Under the pieces are notes generated by a model, which worked only from the letters and a program-made list of their open reading frames with translations, was not told the origin of the DNA and ran no database searches. A stretch of 64,000 bases of DNA from Mytilus edulis. Taxonomy: Eukaryota. The position numbers and the translations under genes were made by a program. This document shows, one piece after another, positions 26,990 through 37,328 of this stretch. The DNA is taken from NCBI RefSeq assembly GCF_963676685.1, contig NC_092357.1, positions 47,802,001 through 47,866,000 on the forward strand, given 5' to 3'. Position 1 is the first letter of the stretch; each line of letters starts with the position of its first letter.

Positions 26990-28150
26990 CAGCTTCCCAA
27001 TTGTGAACTTTCCATTTCTATGTAGCAACATTCCAGCAGCGCCTGCATACAGAGTATATATCTCCCAATTAATACGAGATTCCCGCGCTTGTATTTCCTT
27101 GAAAAAAACGTTTCAAATATAATATCGGATACATTTCTTACGTCAATCCTCTTCCCTTTTCATCAATGTGACCTACCGAATTATACTATTTACCGGATAT
27201 GTAATAAAAGATGGACGAATAATACCAGAGGGACAGTCAAACTCATAAATCGAAAATAAACTGACAACGCCATGGCTAAAAATGAAAAAGACTAACACAA
27301 ATAGTAGTACACAAGAAACAACATATAAAATTAAAGAATAAGCAACAATAACCTTACCAAAAAACTGAGGGTGATCTCAGGTGCTCCGGAAGGGTAAACA
27401 GATCCTGCTCCACATGTGACACCTGTCGTGTTGCTCATGTTATTCCAATGGAACAAATTGTGCCCCTCTTCTTGCCAACTTGTTTCTTTATTATGACGAG
27501 GCTAACTTCATACAGAAACTTCTTAGGAAGAAAGATAAAAAAGTTAGCAATGTCCTTTAACTTTACTTTCCGCTATATTGATGATGTTCTCTCACTAAAT
27601 ATATAATTCAAAATTTAGTGACTATGTTGAACGCATCTATTCAATCGAACTACAGATAAAGGATACAACAGATACAGTTAAGTCGGCCTCATATCTTGAC
27701 TTACATTTAGAAATTGACAAAGAGGGTCGGTTGAAAAAAAAACTTTACGACAAAAGATATGATTTCAGCTTTCCAATTGTGAACTTTCCATTTCTAAGTA
27801 GCAACATTCCAGCAGCACCTGCATACGAGGTCTATATCTCCCAATTGATACGATACTCCCGTGCTTGTATTTCCTATCATGATTTTCTTGATAGAGGGTT
27901 GCTATTAAACCAAGAGTTTCAAATAGTGAAGTTGAAATCATTCTTTCGTAAATTTTACGGACGCCATCACGAGTTGGTTGACCGTTATGGAATAACTGTT
28001 TCACAGATGATATCGGTATGTTCCTTACGTCGTAACTACAATCCCCTTCCATTTCATGAATGTGACCTACCGAATAAGACTAGTTACCGGATTTGTTATA
28101 ACATGGACAACACGACGGGTGCCACAGTTCCTCTGGTATCTTTCGATCCC
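26990..28150 (+). mobile_element. Rearranged Penelope-like RT fragments with an inverted 3'-tail segment (~27208-27445)
   Basis: IPMEQIVPL/PMGTNCAP-like motif, YIDDVL, same RT as 31416-31945 with frameshifts. Confidence 0.75.
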
Positions 28151-28414
28151 CTTTTAATGTAGGCTGCTTTCACAAATCCTTTATCAGAATGTTTTTATGT
28201 TACGGCTATGTTATATGTATTTGATAACAAGCTGCAAAAAGCTTATGGTTATGTTGTTATATGTAACCGAATCAAATGAACTACCACCAAGTATTTCGTA
28301 TTCGTATAAAGTACTCGACTGATAGGTGAAATCGCATGGTTCCCGATTGTATGAACAGTTACCAGTTTTCGACATAAAAGAAACCTAACAAACAATATAT
28401 TTTTCAGAATAAGT

Positions 28415-30076
28415 ATGGCTTCCACTCAAATGTGTGGACCTTGTTGTAGGATGGGTAAATTAGCCTCAGCCGTAAAATTTTGCACTGATTGTGAAGACTC
28501 TTTATGCACCGATTGCGTCCATACTCACAAAGTAATCAAAGCTCTGGCTTCTCACCACTTGATAATAGAAGAGGCTCAAACCGACGAGGCTTTTAACATT
28601 AAAAGAATGTGCAGTGAGCATCCTGATATGGTTTTAGAGTTTCACTGCCCAAAACACGATAGATTATGTTGTCGAACATGTTCCGTGAATACACATCGCA
28701 GATGTGGCAAAATGTTACCGATCAATGTTGCTGCACGCGGGATAAAGACGTCAGTAATACTGAACGATGTAACTGCAAATTTAAAGGATTTATTGAAAAT
28801 TGCCGAACAATTAGTAGAGGACAGAGCCAAGGATATGGAAAACATCAGAAAATCTAAAGCGACTTCTCTACAAAAGATAGCCAAATTTAAAAGTGAAGTA
28901 ATTCAAGAGTTGGATGAGCTAGAAAAGAAGTTAATGATAGAAGTTTATGTGACTGAGAAACAACTTACAAGAAAGGCCGAATCTGATCTTTCAGACATTG
29001 AAATCAGACGAAAGGCAATCGTAGATATGTCTGAACAATTGGACATTCTAACAACACATGGTTCAGAAACCCAAATATTGTTACTGTTGAATACTATTCG
29101 AGTTGATATTTCCAAGCATGACAACGACTTTCAGGATGTTATCCCGTCTTACAAGTGTACTGAAATTTACTTCAAGGATTCAACAATAAAGTCTTATCTT
29201 AAATCTCTTGGATCAGTTGAATTAAAATATGATCCTTCTTCACTTGTATACAGACCTCATAAACACGCCGAAGCCCAAATACCGTTTGAATATGACAAAA
29301 TGCCATTAACACAAAAAATTAAGAAAATTGATGTTCCTTATCGGAATGGTTACATCTTCAAAATTGTAGTAATGAACGACAATAGATTGCTGCTATGTTT
29401 TTCCGGAGTCAAGAGTAAAGCATTGTCTTTATGGTCGGAAACTGGGGACCACATTCAAGACTGTTCACTTGCAGAATCGGCATGGGGTATATCTATGATA
29501 CCAGGAAAACATGGAGCAGTTGTAACATTACCATCCATGAAAGCGGTTCAGTTTGTTGATATAACAAGCATGATACCAGGTACAGTAATGAAAGTTCCCA
29601 ACACGGCCTATGGAGTAACTGTTATTAAGGACAAGATAGTATTAGGCGGGGAAGGAAAGGTTTATATCCTTGATATGACAGGGTTTCACCTGAAAACATT
29701 CAATGTTGGAAGTAAATTTTTGCTTTCACTTAGGGTAAATAAAATGGATAGGATTTATTGCTGTGAGACAGATAAGGATACAGTTCATTGTATTGATATC
29801 AATGGAACTGTTATCTTTTCATATAAATCTCCAGATTTCAAAGGACCCGTAGACTTAGCTTTAGATAGTGAAGAGAATCTGTACGTAATAACCCGGAAAT
29901 CAAATAAATTACATCGTCTGTCATCAGATTGGAAACTTCACGACATCCTACTGCAAGCAGAAGATGGATTACGGCAGCCATATGCTGTTGCTTTTAACAA
30001 GAATTATACTAAACTGTACATATCAAACGGATATCATCGTGAAGATAAACAAGTATCGATATTTGATTGTGCTTAG
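28415..30076 (+). CDS. TRIM-like protein copy 1 (B-box1, B-box2, coiled coil, NHL-type beta-propeller; no RING), 553 aa
   Basis: CGPC..CTDC..LCTDC...H (B-box1), CSEH..FHC..H..LCCRTC...HRRC (B-box2), heptad-rich region, propeller repeats (GPVDLALDSEENLYV; PYAVAFN); TTTTCAG acceptor 7 nt before ATG. Confidence 0.9.
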   Translation: MASTQMCGPCCRMGKLASAVKFCTDCEDSLCTDCVHTHKVIKALASHHLIIEEAQTDEAFNIKRMCSEHPDMVLEFHCPKHDRLCCRTCSVNTHRRCGKMLPINVAARGIKTSVILNDVTANLKDLLKIAEQLVEDRAKDMENIRKSKATSLQKIAKFKSEVIQELDELEKKLMIEVYVTEKQLTRKAESDLSDIEIRRKAIVDMSEQLDILTTHGSETQILLLLNTIRVDISKHDNDFQDVIPSYKCTEIYFKDSTIKSYLKSLGSVELKYDPSSLVYRPHKHAEAQIPFEYDKMPLTQKIKKIDVPYRNGYIFKIVVMNDNRLLLCFSGVKSKALSLWSETGDHIQDCSLAESAWGISMIPGKHGAVVTLPSMKAVQFVDITSMIPGTVMKVPNTAYGVTVIKDKIVLGGEGKVYILDMTGFHLKTFNVGSKFLLSLRVNKMDRIYCCETDKDTVHCIDINGTVIFSYKSPDFKGPVDLALDSEENLYVITRKSNKLHRLSSDWKLHDILLQAEDGLRQPYAVAFNKNYTKLYISNGYHREDKQVSIFDCA

Positions 30077-31116
30077 GAAACCAGGAAACTCTCAAGTGAC
30101 TCATCATTGTTTGATGATTGTGAATTTGTCTGATCAATGTTTGTTTTGAAAATGTTTATTGAGTTTTGTTTTCCACATTTCGCCCATCAGTAACACCATC
30201 TTTATATGTTTGGTCCGCGTTAAATTAACAGCTGTGTACCATCCTTGCCGCATTCAATATGGTAATTAAATGATATAACTGTACCGGTGTTTACTTATAT
30301 GAATTGTTGAATTAAGTAACACCATACTTTACAGAACGTGTACAGAAATCTCGGGGGGGGGGGGGGGGGTACTTCCTATATACAAGATAGGACTGGCCAC
30401 TGGAATAGGTAACTTTTTCCGGCTTGAGAAAATGTGAAAAGGTAGGACAAACTATCAGAAATATATCATAAAATCATGAAAATTCCAATTACTTGTTTAT
30501 GAAAAGCCCTGTAATTTTCGTCGTAAGTAAGCTCTACATACAGAATCTTAGCCCTCAATATTTCACTTGTCCAACACACCACTCGCAACCCAACCAAAAT
30601 AGGGAAAGGCTACATTTTTACGTAAGCAACCTATGAAAAGGTATTAATTTTTAAGATCTAAATTATATGATAAAGGTGGGGTAAGATAATCTTATCAAAG
30701 TATTGGATTCCACACCCAACCCCCGAGACAGAAATATAAAAAAAATCTTTACATATTTGCCTTCAGTAAAAATTATCTAGAAAAAATTTAAAAAAACAAC
30801 AAAAGGTTAATTGATTTAAAATTAAACCCTGTCCATGGTTGTCATAAGTTGATTTGTGAGTGATCTATCCATCGATCTTAAGGAACTTGTGTTGAAGATA
30901 AGACCATATTTTTGAACAATTTAGTTTATATGACAATATTACGAAGCCAGTAATTCAAAATCGAAAATGTATTCCCAAGTACACCAAGGAAAAAAATACC
31001 TAAGGGAATTCATACTCATTAGTCAAAAAAGAAAGTTACACAGACAAGCAATAATATACAAAACACAATACATAACGCAGCAGACGGAGCAACACAAACC
31101 AAACAAAAACCTTTCA

Positions 31117-31945
31117 AAGAGGGACGAAAGATACCAAAGGGACAGTCAAACTCATAAATCTAAATCAAACTGACAACGCCATGGCTAAAAATGAAAAAGA
31201 CAAACAGAAAAACATTAGTACACATGACACAACATAGAAAACTAAAGAATAAACAACGCGAACCCCACCAAAAACTAGGGGTGATCTCAGGTGCTCCGGA
31301 AGGGTAAGCAGATCCTGCTCCACATGTGGCACCCGTCGTGTTGCTTATGTGATTACAAATCCGGTAAATAGTCTAATTCGGTAGGTCACATTCATGAAAG
31401 GGAAGGGGATTGTAGTTACGACGTAAGGAACATATCAGATATCATTTGTGAAACGGTTATTCCATAACGGTCAACCAACTCGTGATGGCGTCCGTAAAAT
31501 TTACGAAGGGATGATTTCAACTTCACCATTTGGAACTCTTGGTTTAATAGCTTTCTTGTGAACAGTAACCCTCTATCAAGAAAATCATGATAGGAAATGC
31601 AAGCACGGGAATATCGTATCAATTGGGAGATATATACCCCGTATGCAGGTGCTGCTGGAATATTGCTACTTAGAAATGGAAAGTTCACAATTGGAAAGCT
31701 GAAATCATATCTTTTGTCGTAAAGTTTTGTTTTCAACCGACCCTCATTGTCAATTTCTAGATGTAAGTCAAGATATGAAGCCGACTTAACTGTATCTGTA
31801 GTATCCTTTATCTCCAATTCGATGGGATAGATGCGTTCCACATAGTCACCAAATTTTGAATTGTTTAGTGAAAGAACGTCATCTATATAGCGGAAAGTAG
31901 AGTTAAAGGATATTGCTAACTTCTTAACTTTCTTCCTAAAAAGTT
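31117..31945 (-). mobile_element. 5'-truncated Penelope-like retroelement (RT C-terminal part and 3' tail)
   Basis: ORF with FRYIDDVL, SASYLDL, KLYDKRYDFSFPIVNFP, YGVYISQLIRYSRAC; followed by a ~300-bp tail that recurs across the window. Confidence 0.75.
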
Positions 31946-32399
31946 CCAAAGAAGTTTTCAAAGCTGGTATATAAACCAGATCTAAGTTAACATTAAATAA
32001 CATAAAAGCATTACACATAGTATCAACAGGTCAAATTAACAAGAAAGTGTGGTTTGAGAGTACTCACAGATACTGACATGCAACTAGTTAAAAACCAAAA
32101 CAATAAATGATAAAATATCATACAATCAGAGATCACTAAAACACGTCCCAGAGATTTAGTATTTTTAATGTCATAAACAGTCAAAGAAGACATGACTTGT
32201 GCAATGTTAAACATAAATATATCGTCAGGCAGAAGGATAGTTAGACTTAGGAGTTAACCTCTTTATAGATAAAATGAACGTGTGTGTGTCTTTATACATC
32301 CCGTTTGAAAAGAATACATATTTAGTTATATTTTAATTTGCTGATGACAAAATCGATATTAGTGTCAATGTCAACTATATTCAAAGATCTAATTACAAC

Positions 32400-32850
32400 A
32401 ATGGTAAGATAACCTTTACTAATAAGTTTGTTTAAAGGTCCGACGATTTTACACTGATCACTGATTTCCGCGCGTTTAGTTCAATATTACCGTAAATTCT
32501 AGGATGTAAAATACCGTTTTAATCAGTTTTCTGCAGGTACAGCCAAATTTACTAGTCAAATCTTTGTATCTATGAAAGAATTAAGTAAACGTTTTAAGTA
32601 ATTTATGGGAAAGAAATCCTTGACTTAATAATTTACCCATCATGCATTGATTACGTTCGTTAAAATCTATGACATCACTACACATACGGGCATAACGAAC
32701 GAGTTGGGATATATAAACACCGTATGATGAAGCAAAAGGAACATTGTCGTCTGAAATAGGAAAATTAACAATAGGGAATGAAGCATCGTCTCTTTTGTCG
32801 GAAATTTTAGAACGGAGTTTCCCTTTAGAAATTGAAATGTAGGACAACTA
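32400..32850 (-). mobile_element. Diverged Penelope-like RT fragment, different subfamily
   Basis: DKRDDASFPIVNFP...SYGVYISQLVRYARMCS. Confidence 0.7.
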
Positions 32851-33591
32851 CTGTTGTTTATGTTAGATCACGATAAATTAAGTTCTTTTTGGTAAATTTA
32901 TTGAAAATTTCTTTCTGCTTTGTTAAAAATCATAACCTTTGTTTTTATATAAAGAAACTCAAGATGTCTGTGAACTATTTGTCCAATTTTCATTATTACT
33001 TTGTAGCTTGTATGTATCGAAGCATTGTACAGATTTTGCCCAGTATGGCCCGTCTTTTGATTATCATATTATCTTATACATGTACATAACTTACAAACCC
33101 CTCACTTTTCAACATAACCGCTGACCTGAAAAAAACGGCAAACAATTAATCAAAAGAATCGAAGTAAAAATCAGCATTTCATTTTTTTCTTCTCTTTTTC
33201 TTTTGTTATTTTGTTGCTTTCTTTTCTTTCCTTTCCTTTATTTTGTATTGGTAGGTCATGTTTCTGGTGTAAATAAGGTCGTATTTCTGGTTTAAATAAA
33301 GCATAAACAGATAACTTTTCTGACATTGTCTCAGAAGTACCTAAAATAATAAGAAATTTAGACCCCACCCTTTTGAACCTGTGAATCTCGTCTTGCAGTG
33401 TACTCTTGTAGGTCTTTATACATTTTGGAAATAATACACTAATATAAAAATTCACGACGTGTTTTTTCCAAGGTTTCATTTCCGAGAGATTAGACACACT
33501 AAGAGTGGTGAAGGAAGTCATATCCCGGAATGAAAGTACGGTCATAACGCTTCTTGGTAAACAAAAAAGAAGAAAAGTTGAATATAACTCC

Positions 33592-33618
33592 GTTGCGACA
33601 GACAACGAGAACGTATGT
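33592..33618 (+). promoter_or_regulatory. Putative end of the non-coding first exon of TRIM copy 2
   Basis: GTTGCGACAGACAAC followed by GTATGT donor. Confidence 0.5.
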
Positions 33619-33789
33619 AAAAGATTTCTTTGTTTAACATTATAATATTTATTTACAGATTTTTTTTCAATATATATTTTTGCACATGACAAACGAGATA
33701 CGTAATGCATGACTGGTATTCATAACATTTCCCGGAATAAACACTTCCTTATTAATTTTCTTTTGTATGAAAAGAGAAGGAAATGAATG

Positions 33790-34017
33790 AAAATCAACAT
33801 GAATGCTCTTAAAAAAATATTTAATCGGAAAAAGGAGCGAAAATATAACTGTATAAGTTAGTCCTTATAAATCAATGTTCGACAGACATGAACCAATGAA
33901 AAAAAAAATCAACATGAATGCTCTTAAAAAAATATTTAATCGGAAAAAGGAGCGAAAATATAACTGTATAAGTTAGTCCTTATAAATCAATGTTCGACAG
34001 ACATGAACCAATGAAAA
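33790..34017. repeat. Recent ~115-bp tandem duplication
   Basis: Two identical copies joined at an A run. Confidence 0.9.
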
Positions 34018-34971
34018 CCACTGAATAATAGACTCCTGACTTGGGAAGGGCGCTAACAAAATAAGAAATGTTTGTGAGCATTTCCCCTCCACACCCACCT
34101 ACCTGGGACATATGGGTAACATTTCAGCATAAGTAAAAAACTGTTAAAATGATTGGAAAGTGCTTGAATCACTCAATCGAAACGAAGCATTAAAAAGGGA
34201 AAAAAGAGACACAAAGTTTCTGTTTATGAGTTACTGAAAGTATGTCCAAAGCCAGATACAACAAATCAATAAATAATGTTTTCCATTGCAGGGATAACAA
34301 CAAAAAAGACACAATCTGAGTTTTGAACTTTCTCTTGATAGCTTGCACCCATTTTTGGTTGAGGCAAAGATAAAAAAAAAAAGTGTTGGTGTTGACTTTC
34401 AGCCGACCAACTCTGTTTTACGCCTATATCCTATTATGTTTTTAACATATAACGGTAAATAAAAATATCCCTACCAACCCTAATTGTGTTCATCATGTTT
34501 CAATCACTACAGATACATTAACTTTTGGCATCAGCAATGCATTTGTCTAGGATTGAACTCCCTTCTGGTACAGTGGTTATATATAAGGAAAACCATGCCT
34601 CTCCAATAGAATTGTCCACTGATATTGACTTGAATTTTGAGAGTCGGGATACATTTGTATTGGTATATTGCTTCTTAAGAGGGCGGTGCTTTCTCTAATC
34701 TATGAAAATATATTGCTTACTCAAAAGGCTGCGCCATAAACTTTGGGAATCAACAATCCATAGCAGGAATTTAGTACAGTCATGAAAGTCCGGATGATTT
34801 TTATTGAAAGATTCTACTATAAAATTTTGAAAACCCTGTTATCTCACTCATGCATAAATTTTATTGCATGTAAGTGTTTGGCTTTATCCTTTGTTTCTTG
34901 GTGATTTAAACAGCTGTTAGTTTTAAGTTTTTAAAAAGCAAATATGTCTGCCTATATCATACAGATACATT

Positions 34972-35204
34972 CTAATAGATACGTTCGCCATGAGCCAAAC
35001 CCAAAACCGAAATCGATACCAAAACCGAAACCGATACCGAAACCAAAATTAGTAGTGAGTGTATTAAAATTTCAAACAATATAATGGAGTAGATGTGTAG
35101 AGTTATTTAAACATAATAAACATTTACCATTTATCTCACTACTAATATTGGTTTCTGTATCGGTTTCGGCTTCGGTATAGGCTTATGGTGAACATGTCTA
35201 TTAG
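34972..35204. mobile_element. Foldback MITE with GAAACC/GATACC hexamer repeats
   Basis: CTAATAGATACGTTCGCCATGAGCC pairs with GGCTTATGGTGAACATGTCTATTAG; inner arms also complementary. Confidence 0.7.
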
Positions 35205-35324
35205 TAATAAGTACCAGTGGATCAGCTCCCAATAAATAATAAAATGAATGGACATTAAAAATGTCCATACCTTTGGTGTCAAATGAAACTAAACAAATCA
35301 TATACATGTATTTTCAGAATTAAC

Positions 35325-36989
35325 ATGGCTTCAAGTCAAACATGTGGACCATGTTCGAGGATGGAAAAATCAGTCACAGCTGTAAAACTTTGCACTGATT
35401 GTGAGGATCATTTATGCACAGATTGCGTCCATACTCAAAAAGCAATCAAAGCCCTAGCTTCCCACCGCTTGATTAACAAAGACGTTCAAACTGATAAGGG
35501 TTTTATCATCAAAAGCACTTGCTCTGATCATCCAGAAATGGGTTTAGAGTTTTACTGCTCGAATCATGAAAGCTTATGCTGTCGTACATGTTCAGAGAAT
35601 ATCCATAGCACATGTGGCAAAATGTTGACAATAGATAGTGCTGCACGTGGGATAAAGACATCAGTAATGCTGAACGATGCGAAAGAAGATTTAAAGGATT
35701 TATTGCAAACAGCTGAACAGTTAGAAGAGGACAGAGCTAAAAACATGGACGGTATCGGAAAATCTGAAGCGACCACACTACAAAAGATAGCCAAATTCAA
35801 ATGCGAATTGACTCTAGAGATAGATAGACTATATAATGAATTATTGACAAATGTTGATGAAGCTAAAAAAAAACTTACCAAAAAGGCCGAATCTGACCTT
35901 TTAGACATTGAAATCCGAAGAAAGGTCATTGTAGATATATCAGAACAATTGGAATTTCTAACAAAACATGGGTCAGAAAGCCAAATGTTGATGTTGCTGA
36001 ATACTATCAGAGTGGCAATTGCAAAGCAAGAGAACGATTTTCAAAATTTGATCCCGTCTTACGCATGTAGTGATATAACCTTTTTAAAAGAATCAGGAAT
36101 TAAGTCCGCTCTGAATTCTCTTGGATCAGTGGGAATGAAATTGGTTCCATGTTCAATTACATACACACCCCGTAAACACAAACAAGCCCAAATATCACCA
36201 GAATATGATAGAATGCCTACAAAATTCAAAATCAAAAATGAATTTCAAGTACCTTATCCTGACGGGAGAATATCTTCCATTGTAACCAATAAAAATAGGC
36301 TACTGTTATGTTTTTTCGGAGACAAGTGTAGAGCGTTGTCTATATGGTCAGGGACTGGAGACCATATTCAGGAGTGTACTCTTGCTGATTACGCATGGGG
36401 TATGGCGATCATACCAGGAACAAATGAAGCCGTTGTAACATTACCATTAATTAAATCGGTCCAGTTTGTTAACATAACCAGTCTAGTACCAGGTAAAGTA
36501 TTGAAAGTTTCTGACAGATGCCAAGGAGTAGCAGTCATTAAGAACATGATAATATTAGGTGGGATAGGAAAAGTTCACTTCTGCAGTATGGAAGGAAGTC
36601 TATTGAAAACTGTTGATGTCGGTCGTGTATGCTTGCATTCATTGAAGGCAAATAAGACGGGTATGATCTATTGCTGTGAAGCAAAAGGTGATACACTCTA
36701 TTGCATTGATATAAATGGAACTGTTATATTTCAATACTCATCACCCGAATTTAAGGGACCAATAGACATTGCATTGGATGGTAAAGAGAATCTGTACGTA
36801 ACTACCTGGGGAACTAACAAATTACATCGTCTGTCAAAGGATGGGAAGCTTATTGACATCGTACTAAAGAAGGAAGATGGATTGAATGAACCGTATGCTG
36901 TTGCCTTCAACAAAAATTACACCAAACTGTACATAGCAAACGGACTGGGAATTGAAAATAAAGAAGTGTTGATTTTTGATTGTGCCTAG
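35325..36989 (+). CDS. TRIM-like protein copy 2, 554 aa
   Basis: Collinear paralog of copy 1; start placed at MASSQ by homology and by the TTTTCAG acceptor 7 nt upstream. Confidence 0.9.
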   Translation: MASSQTCGPCSRMEKSVTAVKLCTDCEDHLCTDCVHTQKAIKALASHRLINKDVQTDKGFIIKSTCSDHPEMGLEFYCSNHESLCCRTCSENIHSTCGKMLTIDSAARGIKTSVMLNDAKEDLKDLLQTAEQLEEDRAKNMDGIGKSEATTLQKIAKFKCELTLEIDRLYNELLTNVDEAKKKLTKKAESDLLDIEIRRKVIVDISEQLEFLTKHGSESQMLMLLNTIRVAIAKQENDFQNLIPSYACSDITFLKESGIKSALNSLGSVGMKLVPCSITYTPRKHKQAQISPEYDRMPTKFKIKNEFQVPYPDGRISSIVTNKNRLLLCFFGDKCRALSIWSGTGDHIQECTLADYAWGMAIIPGTNEAVVTLPLIKSVQFVNITSLVPGKVLKVSDRCQGVAVIKNMIILGGIGKVHFCSMEGSLLKTVDVGRVCLHSLKANKTGMIYCCEAKGDTLYCIDINGTVIFQYSSPEFKGPIDIALDGKENLYVTTWGTNKLHRLSKDGKLIDIVLKKEDGLNEPYAVAFNKNYTKLYIANGLGIENKEVLIFDCA

Positions 36990-37328
36990 AAACTGCATAT
37001 AACTCTCAAAACTTGTATAACTACATTTTGTAGTTTCACTTGATCTGTTGATATTTGTAAAAATGCCTCCCAAAAGAATTGAAACATTGTCTTGTCCTCA
37101 AAAGCCAACGTAAAAATTGTCTATGTATGTCTGTTTCTGAGTTTAATGAATTTATATTGATTGAAAAGAAATTAAAGAAATATATATTTTACAAGAATTC
37201 ATTTTATTTTATCATGATATCACAAAGCCAGCTAGTATTGCATTGATGCAAATATGTAATACATAAGAAGAGTAAAATATTTGTCCATTTTGAGAAAACA
37301 TCTAACATCCCTAAGAAAAGAGTAGTAG

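Noticed and set aside
28642-28884. Antisense and alternative-frame ORFs recurring within the TRIM paralogs
   Set aside because: Shadow ORFs explained by paralogy of the sense genes.
33171-33710. 179-aa minus-strand ORF
   Set aside because: No recognisable domain, low complexity, overlaps the putative TRIM promoter region.
35283-35324. N-terminal extension of TRIM copy 2 (and 52937-52954 for copy 3)
   Set aside because: The upstream ATGs lie before the conserved splice acceptor, so they are intronic.
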